Assembly (NCBI RefSeq): GCF_964213995.1 | Contig: NC_135809.1 | Span: 20,770,001 to 20,834,000 of the forward strand | DNA: 64,000 nt | Source: Mustelus asterias | Lineage: Eukaryota | Direction: 5' to 3' | Shown: piece after piece, positions 1 through 12,405 of the stretch | Position numbering within the stretch: position 1 is the first letter of the stretch | Layout of the letters: every line of letters begins with the position of its first letter | Translations under genes and position numbers: made by a program | The notes under the pieces: model-generated | Seen by the model: the letters and a program-made list of their open reading frames with translations, nothing else | The model's database searches: none | What the model was told of the DNA's origin: nothing

Positions 1-474
1 CTGCAGTGATATCCTGAAGCTGAAATGATTGTCTTCCAACCACCAGAACCATCTTCCTTTGTGCCAGGTATGACTCCAACCAGCAGAGAGTTTTCCTCTT
101 GATTCACATTAACTCAGTTTTAGAGCTCCTTGATGCCACACTCAATCAAATGCGGCCTTGATGTCAAGTGCAATCACTCTCACATCTGGAATCCAGCTCT
201 TTTGTCCATGCTTGAATCAATGCTATGATGAGGTCAGGGGCTGAGTGGCCTTGGCGGCACCCAAACTGAGCATCAGTGAGCAGGTTATTGCTGAGTAAGT
301 GTTGCTGATGGCACTGTTGATGACCCCTTCCATCACTTTGCTGGTGATCGAGAGTAGACTGATGGAGCAATAATTAGCCGGGTTGGATTTGTCCTGTTTC
401 TTGTGTACAGGACACACCTGGGCAAGTTTCCATCTTGCCTTGCAGATGCAAGTGTTGTAGCTGTACTGGGACAG
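1..474 (-). mobile_element. Decayed LINE RT fragment (CR1/L2 group, local 'LINE family 2')
   Basis: Frameshifted minus-strand peptides CPVHKKQDKSNPANYCSISLLSITSKVMEG and LLTDAQFGCRQGHSAPDL are non-LTR RT N-terminal motifs. Confidence 0.85.
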
Positions 475-770
475 TTAACACTTGTACTTGTCCAGATCCC
501 ATCTAAGAGGGCAGTGATTCTGGGTCCTCATCCTGCACTGAGGGACATGGGACTGAGGTTCCTTCACCCCATGGCAGATGTCTCAAACATGGAGCATTGA
601 TGGCGGTGTCTCCAGGGGGTCCTTTTCATTTCACCATCCACATTGCACTGGCATAATGCTTTGATGGGGAAGGTTAGAGAATTGGCATGAGGCATGACAG
701 TATCAGGCAGCAGTGACTTTGGGGAGGGGGGAGCGTGAGGGAGTGGTTTGATCCACACAGTCCTCTTATG

Positions 771-1097
771 GGGTGGCACGGTGGCACAGTGGTTAGCACT
801 GCTGCCTCACAGCGCCAGGGACCTGGGTTCAATTCTGGCCTCAGGTCACTGTCTGTGTGGAGTTTTCACGTTCTCCCTGTGTCTGCGTGGGTTTCCTCCA
901 GGTGCTCCGGTTTCCTCCCACAGTCCAAAGATGTGTGGATTAAGTTGATTAGCCATGCTAAATTGACCCTTAGTGTCAGGGGGACTAGCAGGATAAATAT
1001 GTGGGGTTATGGGAATAGGGTCGGGGTGGGATTGTGGTCGATGCAGACTCGATGGGCTGAATGGCCTCCTTCTGCACTGTAGGGATTCAATGATTCC
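771..1097 (+). mobile_element. HE1-like V-SINE, CR1-type tail
   Basis: tRNA-like head GGCACAGTGGTTAGC...GGGTTCAATTC, V-domain GTCTGTGTGGAGTTT...CCCACAGTCCAAAGA, tail GATGGGCTGAATGGCCTCCTTCTGCACTGT. Confidence 0.92.
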
Positions 1098-2374
1098 ACA
1101 TCACCTTCCTCTTCCTGTGCTGCCCACTGCTGTGATGGATCTGTAAGAAAGGAGGGTAGTTGGTAAGAATGGGTGAGCATCATTGCCTCAGGTGGAGGGA
1201 GGTGGTGAAAGGTGATTGTGTGATGTTCCACAGGGACACCAGTGCGATGATGCAGGTACCCGGGCGATAACCTGATGCCAGGAAGATGTCATCCACTGCA
1301 CCGTCCTCCAACTCCAATAGCTGGATGGCACTGTGAAGTTGCGTATTCTTCACCTCTGGCTTGCTCGCTGGGCAAGTTGGCATTGACTATTCATAACTTT
1401 GTCCAAGTATTATAATATTATTGGTAAAGCATGCAGTGAAATCATTTGAGAGCGTAGTAAAAGGGCCAGGCAACGTCTCGACCTTACCTTCTCACTCCCC
1501 AGTGTGCCACTGAACAGCACAGGCTGAATGACGCATTGTAAAGACGGCACTGATGTCTCCTGCTGTTTCAGATGCTTGTACCAGCTTCATAACAATGCTT
1601 ACACCAATTGGTATGCCAGGGAACATACTGAGGAAGTGTCTTTGTACTTAACTATAGAAGCCAGCAAAGGTGTAATTCCTGGTGTAAAATACATCCCCTG
1701 CAATGCAAAATTATCCTTCCTCAGATCGCACTTTCAATTTCCATGGAAAATATAAGAGCACTAACAAAGAAGCTGCCTTCGGTGCTGTCCATTTACCGAT
1801 ACTTTACTAATCCCTGCAGCTCTATTATTTTTTTGCCAACAAGACATGTACAAATTTCTGTCTGATGTGTCAAAATTGGACAGTGCTAATGATTTGTAAT
1901 AGAATGTGATTACCACAGATGTCCACAGAGAGGAAAAGGAAGTCTTTTATCTAGTTTCCTGCACAAAGATACAGTTTCTTTCTCTTCACACCAGGGGATG
2001 CAGAACCGGTGAGGCTAGGGGGCATAAAAGAAGGAAATGACACACAGCTTCTCGAACTTCCATCGTCACGAAAATCTAAATTATACAACATGGAAAGAAA
2101 AACACTTCACATAAAGCCTAAATTGTTCAACCTTTATGATAAAGCCATTTAGTTGTGTGTGAAATGCAAGGAGGTCTTCTGAATGCTTAAAAAAAAGCTT
2201 CAAGACAGCAGTCTGAGCTGTTATTCCTTGTGAATAAGAGACGATGGAGTATTTCAACACATGATCACAATTCTCCCATCCCACTGTGCTAATATTTTAG
2301 CTCAGTGGGCTGGGAGAATCTCATGGCGGGCGATGCATGGGATTCGCGCATGCGTTCCTGCCCCGATAGCATCT

Positions 2375-2903
2375 GATGTGGAGATGCCGGCGTTGGACTG
2401 GGGTAAACACAGTAAGAAGTCTAACAACACCAGGTTAAAGTCCAACAGGTTTATTTGGTAGCAAGGGACCATTTGGACGAAGGGACAGCCTGTTCCGAAA
2501 GCTCGTGCGGCACGGTAGCACAGTGGTTAGCACTGCTGCTTCACAGCTCCAGGGACCTGGGTTCGATTCCCGGCTCGGGTCACTGTCTGTGTGGAGTTTG
2601 CACATTCTCCCCGTGTCTGCGTGGGTTTCCTCCGGGTGCTCCGGTTTCCTCCCACAGTCCAAAGATGTGTGGGTTAGGTTGATTGGCCATACTAAAAAAT
2701 TGCCCCTTAGTGTCCTGAGATGTGTAGGTTAGAGGGATTAGTGGGTAAAATATATGGGGGTAGGGCCTGGGTGGGATTGTGGTCAGTGCAGACTCGATGG
2801 GCCGAATGGCCTCTTCCTGCACTGTAGGGTTTCTATGATTTCTCGTGGCTTTTGCTACCAATTAAACCTGTTGGACTTTAACCTGGTGTTGTTAGACTTC
2901 TTA
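2375..2903. mobile_element. Penelope-derived inverted-repeat element (family B), interrupted by a SINE
   Basis: Arms GTAAGAAGTCTAACAACACCAGGTTAAAGTCCAACAGG and its reverse complement; TSD CCGATAGCATCT at 2363-2374 and 2904-2915. Confidence 0.8.
2508..2841 (+). mobile_element. HE1-like V-SINE, CR1-type tail
   Basis: Full consensus, flanked by CTCGTG at 2502-2507 and 2842-2847. Confidence 0.93.
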
Positions 2904-3976
2904 CCGATAGCATCTCCCAGCGACGGAATTCCGGTGGCATCTGCTCTGCGCTGGAAATCGGCAGGAAGGTGCAGAAGTAATTTAAATACTTATTGAAATA
3001 TATTTTAAATGTGATCAGCGGGCCTGGGACTGAAGTCTCACAGCCTCCACCGCCACCCACCCACCCTGCCCCGCTCCCCGCTACAGTGGTTCACTTCAGC
3101 AGGGTTTAGAGTAGCTCCCCACCAATTGAGAACTAGTGGCCCGACCCCACTAGAGTGAAGGGGCAATCGGGGCCCCCCAGAGGGTCGGGCGGCAGGGAGA
3201 TGGTGCCCCCTGGGCATTGGCACCCTGGCACTGCCAGTGGGTGTCCCCAGCACTGCCCTAGGGGCAAAGTGCCATGCCCATCGGGCATGGGGTAGTGGCA
3301 AGGGGGTGTGGCCAAATGGGGGCGGGGTGTCCCACTGCCACTCTGCATAGAGATCGGTGGGGGAAGGAGGGAGGCCAGCAATCGGGGCAGGCTGGGGGGG
3401 GGATCAACCGGGGGGGGGGGGGGGGGGGGGTCGGCACTGCGGGGGGGGGGTTAACTGTCAGGGGTGTGGGATTCAGTGGGGGGAGTGTGCTGGGGCTTGG
3501 GGTGGGCTGGAAAGGAGGATAGGGCTGGGCCTGGGAATGGTCTGGGGGCCAGCGATCGGGCCATGGGGAGGGGGGGGGAGGGCGGAGAGTCGGCAACGTG
3601 GGGATCGTGGGGCCGGCCAGCGATTGAGCTGGCCAACGATCGGGAGGCTGTCAGTGCGGAGCCACTGCGCACGTGCCTATCTTGGTGCTAATGGCTCGAC
3701 ACATGCGCAGTGGCCCACTCAGCGTGCTGGTTTCAGCTTCTCCAGTGGGAATAGGCCCCGCCCCCTGAAATTTAATGATATTCGCGCTGGTGGCGTCTGC
3801 TGTGCACAGAATGTGGGAGATTCTTCTCTGAACACCCACTGAAAAAAAAACAGCGTGAATTACTCTAGTTTTCACATGAATTCGACACTTGGAATTTTTT
3901 CGAGAGAATTCCGGCCATGAATTTTGTCCCTGACCTACAGTAAAGATCAATCATCTGGATTCCTTATATATTATTT

Positions 3977-4056
3977 ATATATAAGGAATCAGTGGCGTCC
4001 AGTGAAGCCAGACAACACCCATGAACAAAGTGTGGATGGATCAAATAAAATTACAA
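3977..4056 (+). repeat. 80-bp direct repeat, copy 1
   Basis: 73/80 identical to 5315-5394 by manual alignment. Confidence 0.9.
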
Positions 4057-5314
4057 ATTTAAAAGTAAAAATTAAAAATAGTGTATCTTCATATTTCACA
4101 AACGTAAGTCCATTCTATTTCAATTTTTGCAACAATTATGCGTGATGTGCGTGCAGATTTTCAGTGACACATTTATTTTTAAATCTACCATTAACATATT
4201 TAGCACACTGGAGCTAAATGATTTCCATATTTCACCTCTGTTAACACTATCTTATTTTTATAGTATAATCAAGTCAGATCAAATATTACGTTGCCCGCAA
4301 TCAGTCTTTTTTTGCAGAATAAAAACGAATAAAAAAATGATTTGCAGCATCAGGAGGCGATTAGGATGCATTAAACTTTTATTTAAATCAGGATGGTATA
4401 AATCTATTGTGTTTAGCTTTTGCACTCTTCCGGAACACCGTACTTCCAGATGAATATAGTACTTCAAAGGAAAAAGACAGTGAAAAATGTATATTTGCAC
4501 ATCACAGGTCTTTTGATAAAATTGTACTCCACAGATGCATTTATACACAGGAAGCATCAGCAAGTTTCTATTCTGCAGTCTCTTCCACCATTTGAAGTTT
4601 GAGCTCAGTGTGATATTGGAAGTTAGCATTTGTTTTAAGAAAATGAAATAAGACAAACTCTTTAGATCTTCAAAATTTTTTGCAAACCACCACCATCATT
4701 TGCTCTCATGAATAATAAAGTGGACGCTTCTGCTTTCTGCAAATGGTTTGCGATGGTTTTGGCGATAGCAGTGATTAGCTGATAATTTCGCAAGCGTGTA
4801 AATGGATTTGTTTACTCTGGCGGGCATCATCAACGTAGAAGAACGGGGGGCCATTATTTATCCAGAGACAAGGTCAAGTTAAAAGCTTAACCACCTTTTC
4901 CTGTTCCTGCCCTGCACACATTCTTAGGCTGCTCACATCTGGGCCGCTCAGCATAACGTTGCCCTGTGAAAACTGTTCCTGCGGTGAACCATGGAGCTTG
5001 ACATCGGTGAACATCAGCACTTCCAACCCAGCAAATCAAAGCTGAAGCAATAGTTGCAAGTGAAGTTTGCAGGTGCGAAAGAAGCACATTAGACAGCAAA
5101 ACAGTTTAAAACAAAGTCTAAAACACCATTCAACTATAAGCTCTCTGAACATTAAGATCCAAATGGAGCAAACATTTGTGACAAACTCACTTCTCCAGAA
5201 CATGCATTATCCGGATGTTATGAATTGGACGCTTTTGCGGGACAGTTGGTTCATTGTTCCATTCTCTGTTCCGATACCACCTCTGAAACGAGTCTATCTT
5301 AACTGCTTCGTACA

Positions 5315-5394
5315 ATATATAAGGAATCAGTGGCGCCCAGTGAGGCCAGATGAAACCCATGAACAAAGTGTGTATGGATCAAATAAATTTACAA
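5315..5394 (+). repeat. 80-bp direct repeat, copy 2
   Basis: 73/80 identical to 3977-4056. Confidence 0.9.
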
Positions 5395-5494
5395 TATATT
5401 GTCATGCTAGCTGAAATCAGTCTTGGTCACACCTTTCTCAACAGAAAATGGCACAGATTCTTATCTGATAGCAAAATTAATAATCTGCTACAGA

Positions 5495-6287
5495 CAAAAT
5501 TTAGAATGATCCCGGGGATGAAAGTTGTGACGAATGAGGAGAGATTAAACAGTTTGGGCTTATACTCGCTGGAGTTTAGAAGGATGAGACGGGATCTGAT
5601 CAAGGTATATAATATTTTAAAAGGATTGATACAGTAAATGTAGACCAAATGTTTCTTCTTATGGAGCAATCTAGAATAAGAAGTCGCATGTATAGTTTGA
5701 GAGGTGGTAGATTTAAAACTGAGATGAGGAGGAACTACTTCTCGCAGAGGGTGGTGAATTTGTGGAACTCGCTGCCCCATAGCACGATGGAGTCTGAATC
5801 GTTGAATGGTTTCAAGAAGGAGATAGATATATTTCTAATAATAAAAGGGATAAGGGTGGCACGGTGGCCTAATGGTTAGCACTGCTGCCTCACAGCACCA
5901 GGGACCAGGGTTCGATTCCCAGCTTGGGTCACTGTCTGTGTGGAGTTTGCACATTCTCCCTGTGTCAGTGTGGGTTTCCTCCGGGTGCTCTGGTTTCCTC
6001 CCACAGTCCAAGGATGTGCAGGTTAGGTGGATTGGCCATGTTAAAATTGCCCCTTAGTGTCAGGGGGACAAGATGGGATAAATGCATGGAATTATGGGGA
6101 TAGGGCCTGAGTGGGATTGTGGTCGTGCAGTCTCGATGGGCAGAATGGCCTCCTTCTGCATTGTGGGCTTCTATGATATGGGGAACAGGAGGGGAGGTGG
6201 ATTTGAGATCAGCCAAGATCTGATTGAATGGTGGAGCAGGCTCGAAGGGCTGTGTTTACCTATTCTGCTCCTAATTCCTATGTTCCT
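5495..6287 (+). mobile_element. CR1 LINE 3' end, interrupted by a SINE
   Basis: EERLNSLGLYSLEFRRMRRDLIKVYNIL and RNYFSQRVVNLWNSLP peptides; CR1 3'UTR ending CCTATGTTCCT. Confidence 0.88.
5854..6177 (+). mobile_element. HE1-like V-SINE, CR1-type tail
   Basis: Matches the other copies over its full length. Confidence 0.92.
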
Positions 6288-6403
6288 CAGCCAATTCCTT
6301 TTAGGAGTCTTGAACAAAAACTGTGTCTTGTCTCCAAAAACAATTTTACTCTAGCTGCTCAACTCTTCCTCTACACAGTACAAGTGGCTCACATGATGTA
6401 GAG

Positions 6404-6765
6404 GAGGCGATGGGGAGGTCTTGGCCTGGTGGTATTAACGCTGGACTATTAATCCAGAAACCGTTCTGGGGGACCTGGGTTCGAATCCCGCCACAGCAGA
6501 TGGTGGAATTTGAATTCAATAAAAATTATCTGGAATTAAGAATCTACTGATGACCATGAAACCAATGTTGATTGTTGGAAAAACCCATCTTGTTCACTAT
6601 TGTCCTTCAGGGAAAGGAAATCTCATCCTTACCTGGTCTGGCCTACATGTGACTCCAGAGCCACAGCAATGTGGTTGACTCTCAACCACCCTCAGGCAAG
6701 TATGGATGGGCAATAAATTCTGGCCAGCAAGGAATGCCCATGTCCCACAAATGAATAAAAAAAAA
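6404..6765 (+). mobile_element. tRNA-derived SINE, family D (tail shared with LINE family 2)
   Basis: B-box GGTTCGAATCC; body repeated at 7636, 30020 and 32107; tail GGATGGGCAATAAAT...CCCATGTCCCACAAATGAATAAAA. Confidence 0.82.
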
Positions 6766-7635
6766 TACTCTTTCAGTCTTTGCCATCAGTAAGCCAGGTT
6801 ATGAGAAGCAATTTGCATGAATGATGAACACAGGCACGACAAGCTGGCATCTAGTCTGTGCCACATGACACAAGGGAACACATAATGAGAAAAGTACAAG
6901 TAATAATGCATTTTGGGGCAATACAGCTGTCCAGGAATAACTATCACTGACAGCGATCAGGCGCTGAACGTGAAAACCACACAATCTTGCAACAATTATC
7001 AGGAACAAAATGACCTGACATGAAGTGATGTGGTCCTCGATGGTTTAAGGCAACAGTTCCTGAACTGTGGATTGTGACCCCGCTTGCGTTTGCAGAGATG
7101 GTGAATTAGGTCACAAGCTCCCCCTCCTCCAAGACTGCACATTGCTCTGGCACCAAGGCCCAGGCAGCATCTGGCACTGCCCTTGCCCTGTTCATCTCTC
7201 GATCCCGCTCTCAAGGTCATGGGCTCTTGTCGTTGGCCGCTTTTCTGAGTTTCCTGCTGCCAGAAAATATGGAGAGCTTGGCTGCAACCTCAGTGGCCAG
7301 TAACTGTCACAGGTTATATTTTATGGCCGTTCAAATACACCCCATTTTCTTCATAAAGCCATGGCCTTACCGTGGACTGTGATTGAACTGCAGCCGGTCT
7401 GAGCCTAACTCCATCACCCTGTTGCCTTGGAATGACCTGGTCTCCTATCATCTCAATACATTGAACCGATGTTACCATTGCTTCCCGGTGAAGGTCTCTG
7501 TACTAGAATGGCTTAGATGAAGGAATGGACTGGTGAGCACATAAAATAACATTTTTATTAAGTACTTTAAAAAGACTCTAAGACATCTGGGTTCTGTCAA
7601 TGTCCTTCACTGCAATCCATTGGTGATCGTGGCTT

Positions 7636-7982
7636 TCTTTCTCATTCATGAGACGTGGGTGTCGCTGGCTGGCCAGCATTTGTTGCCCATCCCTAGTTGC
7701 CCTAGAGGGCAGTTGAGAGTCAACCACATTGCTGTGGCTCTGGAGTCGCATGTAGGTCAGACCAGGTAAGGAAGGCAGATTTCCTTCCCTGAAGGACGTT
7801 AATGAACCAGATTAGTTTTTTTACAACAATCAATAATGCCATCAGTAGACTCTTAATTCCAGATTATTAAAAATTGAATTCAAATTCCACCATTTGCCGT
7901 GGTGGGATTCGAACCCGCGTCCCTAAAATATTACCTGAGTTTCTGGATTAATAGTCTCGCGCAAATACAACTAAACCATGCC
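7636..7982 (-). mobile_element. tRNA-derived SINE, family D
   Basis: Reverse complement of the family seen at 6404-6765. Confidence 0.82.
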
Positions 7983-8422
7983 CTTCTCTGATGCGATGAT
8001 ATCATTATGGGGTAAGGAGGTAGGCCCCAAGAATTACCTCAGCAGGGACAAGTATTAAATCTGAGGTGTGGGCATTATTCTGCATCACACTCTTAGCAAG
8101 CTGATGTAACTGGCCTCTTGAGTTCATTGAAGTGAGAACACATGTACAAGGCTGAACTATCTCCTCCCTACAACCAAATTTAGCACCAAATGCTTATGGT
8201 TTTCCAAGGCACATTCAACTGGTTCTCTGTAGAGTCAGTTGAATACCTGTTGGAGGAGTGCCCTTTCTTCCAGGGTTATAGTTTACTGTCGCAAAAATTG
8301 GCACACTCGGCAATTGAAATGGAATCCAGACTTCTCTGTGGTGTCACAAATTTACAGTTGTATTTGTACAGACTGACATACACTATGTATTCTGACTGCA
8401 ATCCCTTTGCTTGGTTGGGTTT

Positions 8423-8636
8423 GATGTGGAGATGCCGGCGTTGGACTGGGGTAGGCACAGTAAGAAGTCACACAACACCAGATTAAAGTCCAACAGGTTT
8501 ATTTGGAATCATGAGCTTTCAGAGCGCTGCTCCTTCATCGGAGGCTCCACTCAACTGATGAAGGAGCAGCGCTCCGAAAGCTCATAATTCCAAATAAACC
8601 TGTTGGAATTTAACCTGGTGTTGTGAGACTTCTTAC
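8423..8636. mobile_element. Penelope-derived inverted-repeat element (family B)
   Basis: About 80-bp arms; core CTGATGAAGGAGCAGCGCTCCGAAAGCT at 8555-8582. Confidence 0.85.
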
Positions 8637-10620
8637 TTGGTTAAGTTCGACACTTGATAAGAATGAATGCCTGCTATAATGACGGAACTTACTATGATAG
8701 CCACCTTACACCCAGAATACTGACACACAGTCCCCCCCACCCCCCCCCCCCCCCCCCCGCCAAAGTTAAAATGTGGTTACAGTTCTCATCAATGGCACAA
8801 TGACAGCACTCATAAAGAACGTGAACTCGGGGGAGGGAAGAAAAGTGAAAGAAATGGAATATCCTGTTCACGGTTTATTTTTCTTTTACTGTGTCTTAGA
8901 TCAAGTCGGTTTTAATACATCATGCTCAAAATGGAAGTAGCAATTCATTTTAAAGTTCACATATTGGTTAGACAACAGGTTCACTGTCAGCTTTTGAACG
9001 GACCAAGTATCCTTAATATTTGAATATTTTGGTCACCAAGGAAATAGATTCTTCCAGAAACAAATCACTGTGAGTACATCAAGGAATGTGCTTCTTATCC
9101 TAGTACAAAGCAAAGAACATGGTGCTTTGAACCAGGCATCAATGGACACCTTAATTGGCCCAAAGAGAACAAAGGTTTTAATCATCATGCTTGTATTGTT
9201 TTAAAGATTATTCCAATAAATAACCTGCACCCCACTGACAGAAATTTAGAAGTTTTAGGGGGCATAAAAATTCGGGTTGTGCCCAGCCAGAGGCTCGCCC
9301 AAAGTCAATGGACCTTTAATCGGTTCACCAAATTTTCCATCCCGCCCACGACGATTCCCATGGTGAACGGGACTGGAGGGTTTACCTCGGTATATCTCAT
9401 ATTATCAGCAATTCAGAGTGCACACAGCTGAGGTGCTGGAAAGCAATGGAATACCGCTCTGTGTAACTGTATAATTCCTAGCTTTTCACGCCAACGAGAT
9501 CATCTGGTCCCACCGATGATGCATCCCTGCCGCATGTTTCCAGGCAATATGGGATGGGATCACTGTGAAATCCCATTGATAGCGGTGGGACCAGAAGATC
9601 CGGCTGCCAGCCAACACGCACAGTCTGCCACCGCTGAGAATAACACTATGGGGAGGCCAAAGAATCCTGGCATATTTGTTTGCTCAATAAGTTTTATATG
9701 TCCTTTTGAAAGCAATGGTATTGCAAGATTTACAAGGAGATTTTTATAGGATCTCATCAAGGTGATTTATCTTTTTGACCCAATATGAAATTGTCCATTT
9801 TATTGTTTTCAAATTGATTCCCAAACCGCCCCCCCCCCCCCCCACAACCCCCTCCCCCAGCCGCGATATATTGCTTTCTGTTGTGAATAACTACTCATGA
9901 ATACATAAATTTAAGAGTTAGCCTGTTACAAAAGGTGTTGAAATATGTATCAACCTTCATCTGAAGCAATGTGAGATGCATTGCAACTCCTGGGCATCAG
10001 CTGAGGAATTGCAGGGTTGATTTCTGCCTGGGGAGACAGGAAGCTGGGGGAAGAACCTGCCCACACCAGGAATCCACCCATGTGCACTTTTCCTCTGAAT
10101 TCCAATGGGACAGCATTGGTGGATTTCACATTGAGGGAGAACCTTCGGGGGGGAGAGTCTCTGAGAATCCCTTGTGAATCCACTGGTTATAAAGCTAAAA
10201 TAGAGAGAGACAGCTTTGGGAGTGTGAATATACTCCACAATGGTCATGCTTCATTATTGCAAAGCAAAAAAAACAGGATGCTGACTTACATTGCCAAAGT
10301 CAGTAGAATTAGTCAGAAATTGTGACGCTGAAGTTTATACAGTACTGCTCAGGACTGGCTGCATCCTGCATATTCCATTCAGTCCTGGCCACTGAAGCAC
10401 AAAGCAATGATCCAAGCTTTAAACGCGATAGAGGGAAGGGTTGGACATTACCAGGGAACAGTTTTCATGACATGGTGAGGAGTGGACTGGCTCCCCGTCT
10501 ATTCAGCCTCCATGCACTGGCTGTAGCAGAAGTTTTAAAATTTATATTCCCCAGAAATGCCTTTTCCAGTCCAAATGTCTTTATTTGTTAACAAAGAGCC
10601 AATCAAGCCTGATTTCCTTC

Positions 10621-12400
10621 TGTTACAACACAGAGGTTAATCTCCTTTACTTCGCGTCACAATCTGCTTAATTATTTAGGAAGGTGCTATCTGTTCTTAA
10701 TTAATGTTTAGAGATTCGGTAACATAAAGGCCTGACACTCACTTTAAGTGAAGAATTAACAAGGTATTTTATTTTAAAAACCAGGAACTTTAACTAAACA
10801 AGTAACACATTAACCAAGGTACAGTTTGACTGAAATGCCGTTCGAATAATACAAGGAATACTCATTACCCATAATAATAATAACAGAATTCTAGTCACTC
10901 TCAAAGAAATTATACAACCAGACTTGATGGAATTCGGAAGCTTTTTGAGTACTTCTATAGTTGTCCGGTGTCTATAATGTCTTTCTGACTCAGTATCCCT
11001 CTGTTAGATAGCTGGATAATTCCCTTAAGAGATATTGAAACTGGCAGAGTGGAGTGCTACTCTAGAGAGGAATGCTGGCTGTTTTACTGGGTGCCCTGGC
11101 CTCTGGAGGTGTTCTCTAGATGTTCTCTCGACATTCTGCTTGAGAAAAGGCTGTTGCTTTGGCCTTTATACCTGTGATGACCTCACAACTTTCTTCCACC
11201 AGGATTGGATTGATGCTGTCAACACTATCAAATTCAAATCTGATAGGCTTTTAATAGTTGAGTATTTTCTTTAAACTCAAAGGCTGTTAGGTAAGTGTCT
11301 TCTTTAAACTCATAGGCTAACATAAATGCAAAAACCTGCAAAGCCGGTTGCAAAGGCAACCCTGATGCTTTTGCCCTTTTGAAACAAATGTTGCAACCTG
11401 AAGTCTGTGTCCTCCGCATTTCAGCACAGAACTCAAAAGCAGCTTTTATAGGGATCACGTACTGTTTTCTTTCCCTCAAACATTTTACAATCCTTTTATA
11501 TCTTTATAAGCATTCTTTATACTTTTACAAACTCAACTTCACAACACTCCAGTCAAAGAAAGAGTAAATTTATTAGTTCCTAAAAAAAAAATAAAGGCAC
11601 CATGACATACACACAAGCATGCATATGTTAAAAGTAAGAAAGGCTGATTAAAAGTTCAAAGAATATACAATCAAGTCATTTACTTGTCTTTGAGACTTAG
11701 ATTGTTGAACATTGCAGCCATAGATTAGGTGGTCTCCTGTAAAATTCTGGAGTTGGCTTTGTTTAGGTCTGTACTCTGTTGAAGACAACTTTTTTAGTTT
11801 CCAGAGAGATCTTTCCTGTGCTTTTCCAGCAGAGTTTTTGATGACTTTCATGTTCCTTTCTCCTCCTGCTTGTTCTTGCTTTGATTCTGTTTGGCAGAAC
11901 TAGATTTTAAACTCCCGCCTGTATATTCCTGGAAGGGAATTTGATCAGCATGTCATGCATTCAATGTTGTAGACCAAGTAAGCCTATTTTCTGATCTATA
12001 CATCTCTGAAACCTTCAACACATTTCAAGATATAAATCAACAGGAGATGGGGTTATTTCATCTTTCACAGGGGGTTGAATGCCTGACAAGTATCTGTCAA
12101 AGTCCAGCACTTTGCATCTTTAATATCTTCCTTTCAAGAGTGTCTCTATTCGAAGTGTGACTTGACATCCCCTAAGTATGAGATTCCATGTGGCAGGTTC
12201 TCAGTGCAATTCATATAGACTTTCCAGAGAAGTGGTCAACTTTACAGCATCATCCATCAGGTAACTAATGGCAGCCATTTTTTTGATCATGCCTTTTCTA
12301 TTATATTTTTTAAAGTATGTCTTCTTTAAACAATTCAATATGTCTATGGTTAGCTGGTTAGCTGGTGAAGTTGTAGTTAACTTTCACTCAGCCATGAGTT
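10621..12400 (-). mobile_element. LTR-like sequence (one or two decayed LTRs)
   Basis: Starts TGTTACA; TTTATT (minus-strand polyA signal) near 10768; CATGACA at about 11607; no TSD found. Confidence 0.35.
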
Positions 12401-12405
12401 TTGGT

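Larger units (their letters stand above)
2305..3918. mobile_element. GC-rich non-autonomous DNA-transposon-like element hosting nested insertions
   Basis: Abrupt CpG/G-rich block ending GAGAATTCCGGCC, resembling the MITE ends elsewhere in the window; long G runs inside. Confidence 0.45.

Noticed and set aside
771-850. tRNA gene
   Set aside because: A/B-box-like head fused to the SINE body; no complete cloverleaf or terminator. The same applies to all SINE heads in the window.
735-1082. Recurring short ORFs such as MAQWLALLPHSARDPGS... and ...TVVSTAASQRQGPGF...
   Set aside because: They are translations of the HE1 SINE, not a gene family.
3357-3842. 161-aa Gly-rich ORF and the overlapping Pro-rich antisense ORFs
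   Set aside because: Low-complexity G-tract sequence that lacks stops by composition.
3977-4056. H/ACA snoRNA or miRNA reading of the 80-bp repeat
   Set aside because: No two-hairpin structure or long stem is conserved in both copies.
8460-8636. Pre-miRNA or CRISPR-type repeat reading of the palindromes
   Set aside because: They are dispersed, TSD-flanked and variable in length; there is no regular repeat-spacer array or cas gene, and the DNA is eukaryotic.
9950-10247. Minus-strand exon/ORFs after a strong acceptor near 10195
   Set aside because: All three frames from the acceptor hit a stop before a convincing donor, and there is no recognisable homology.
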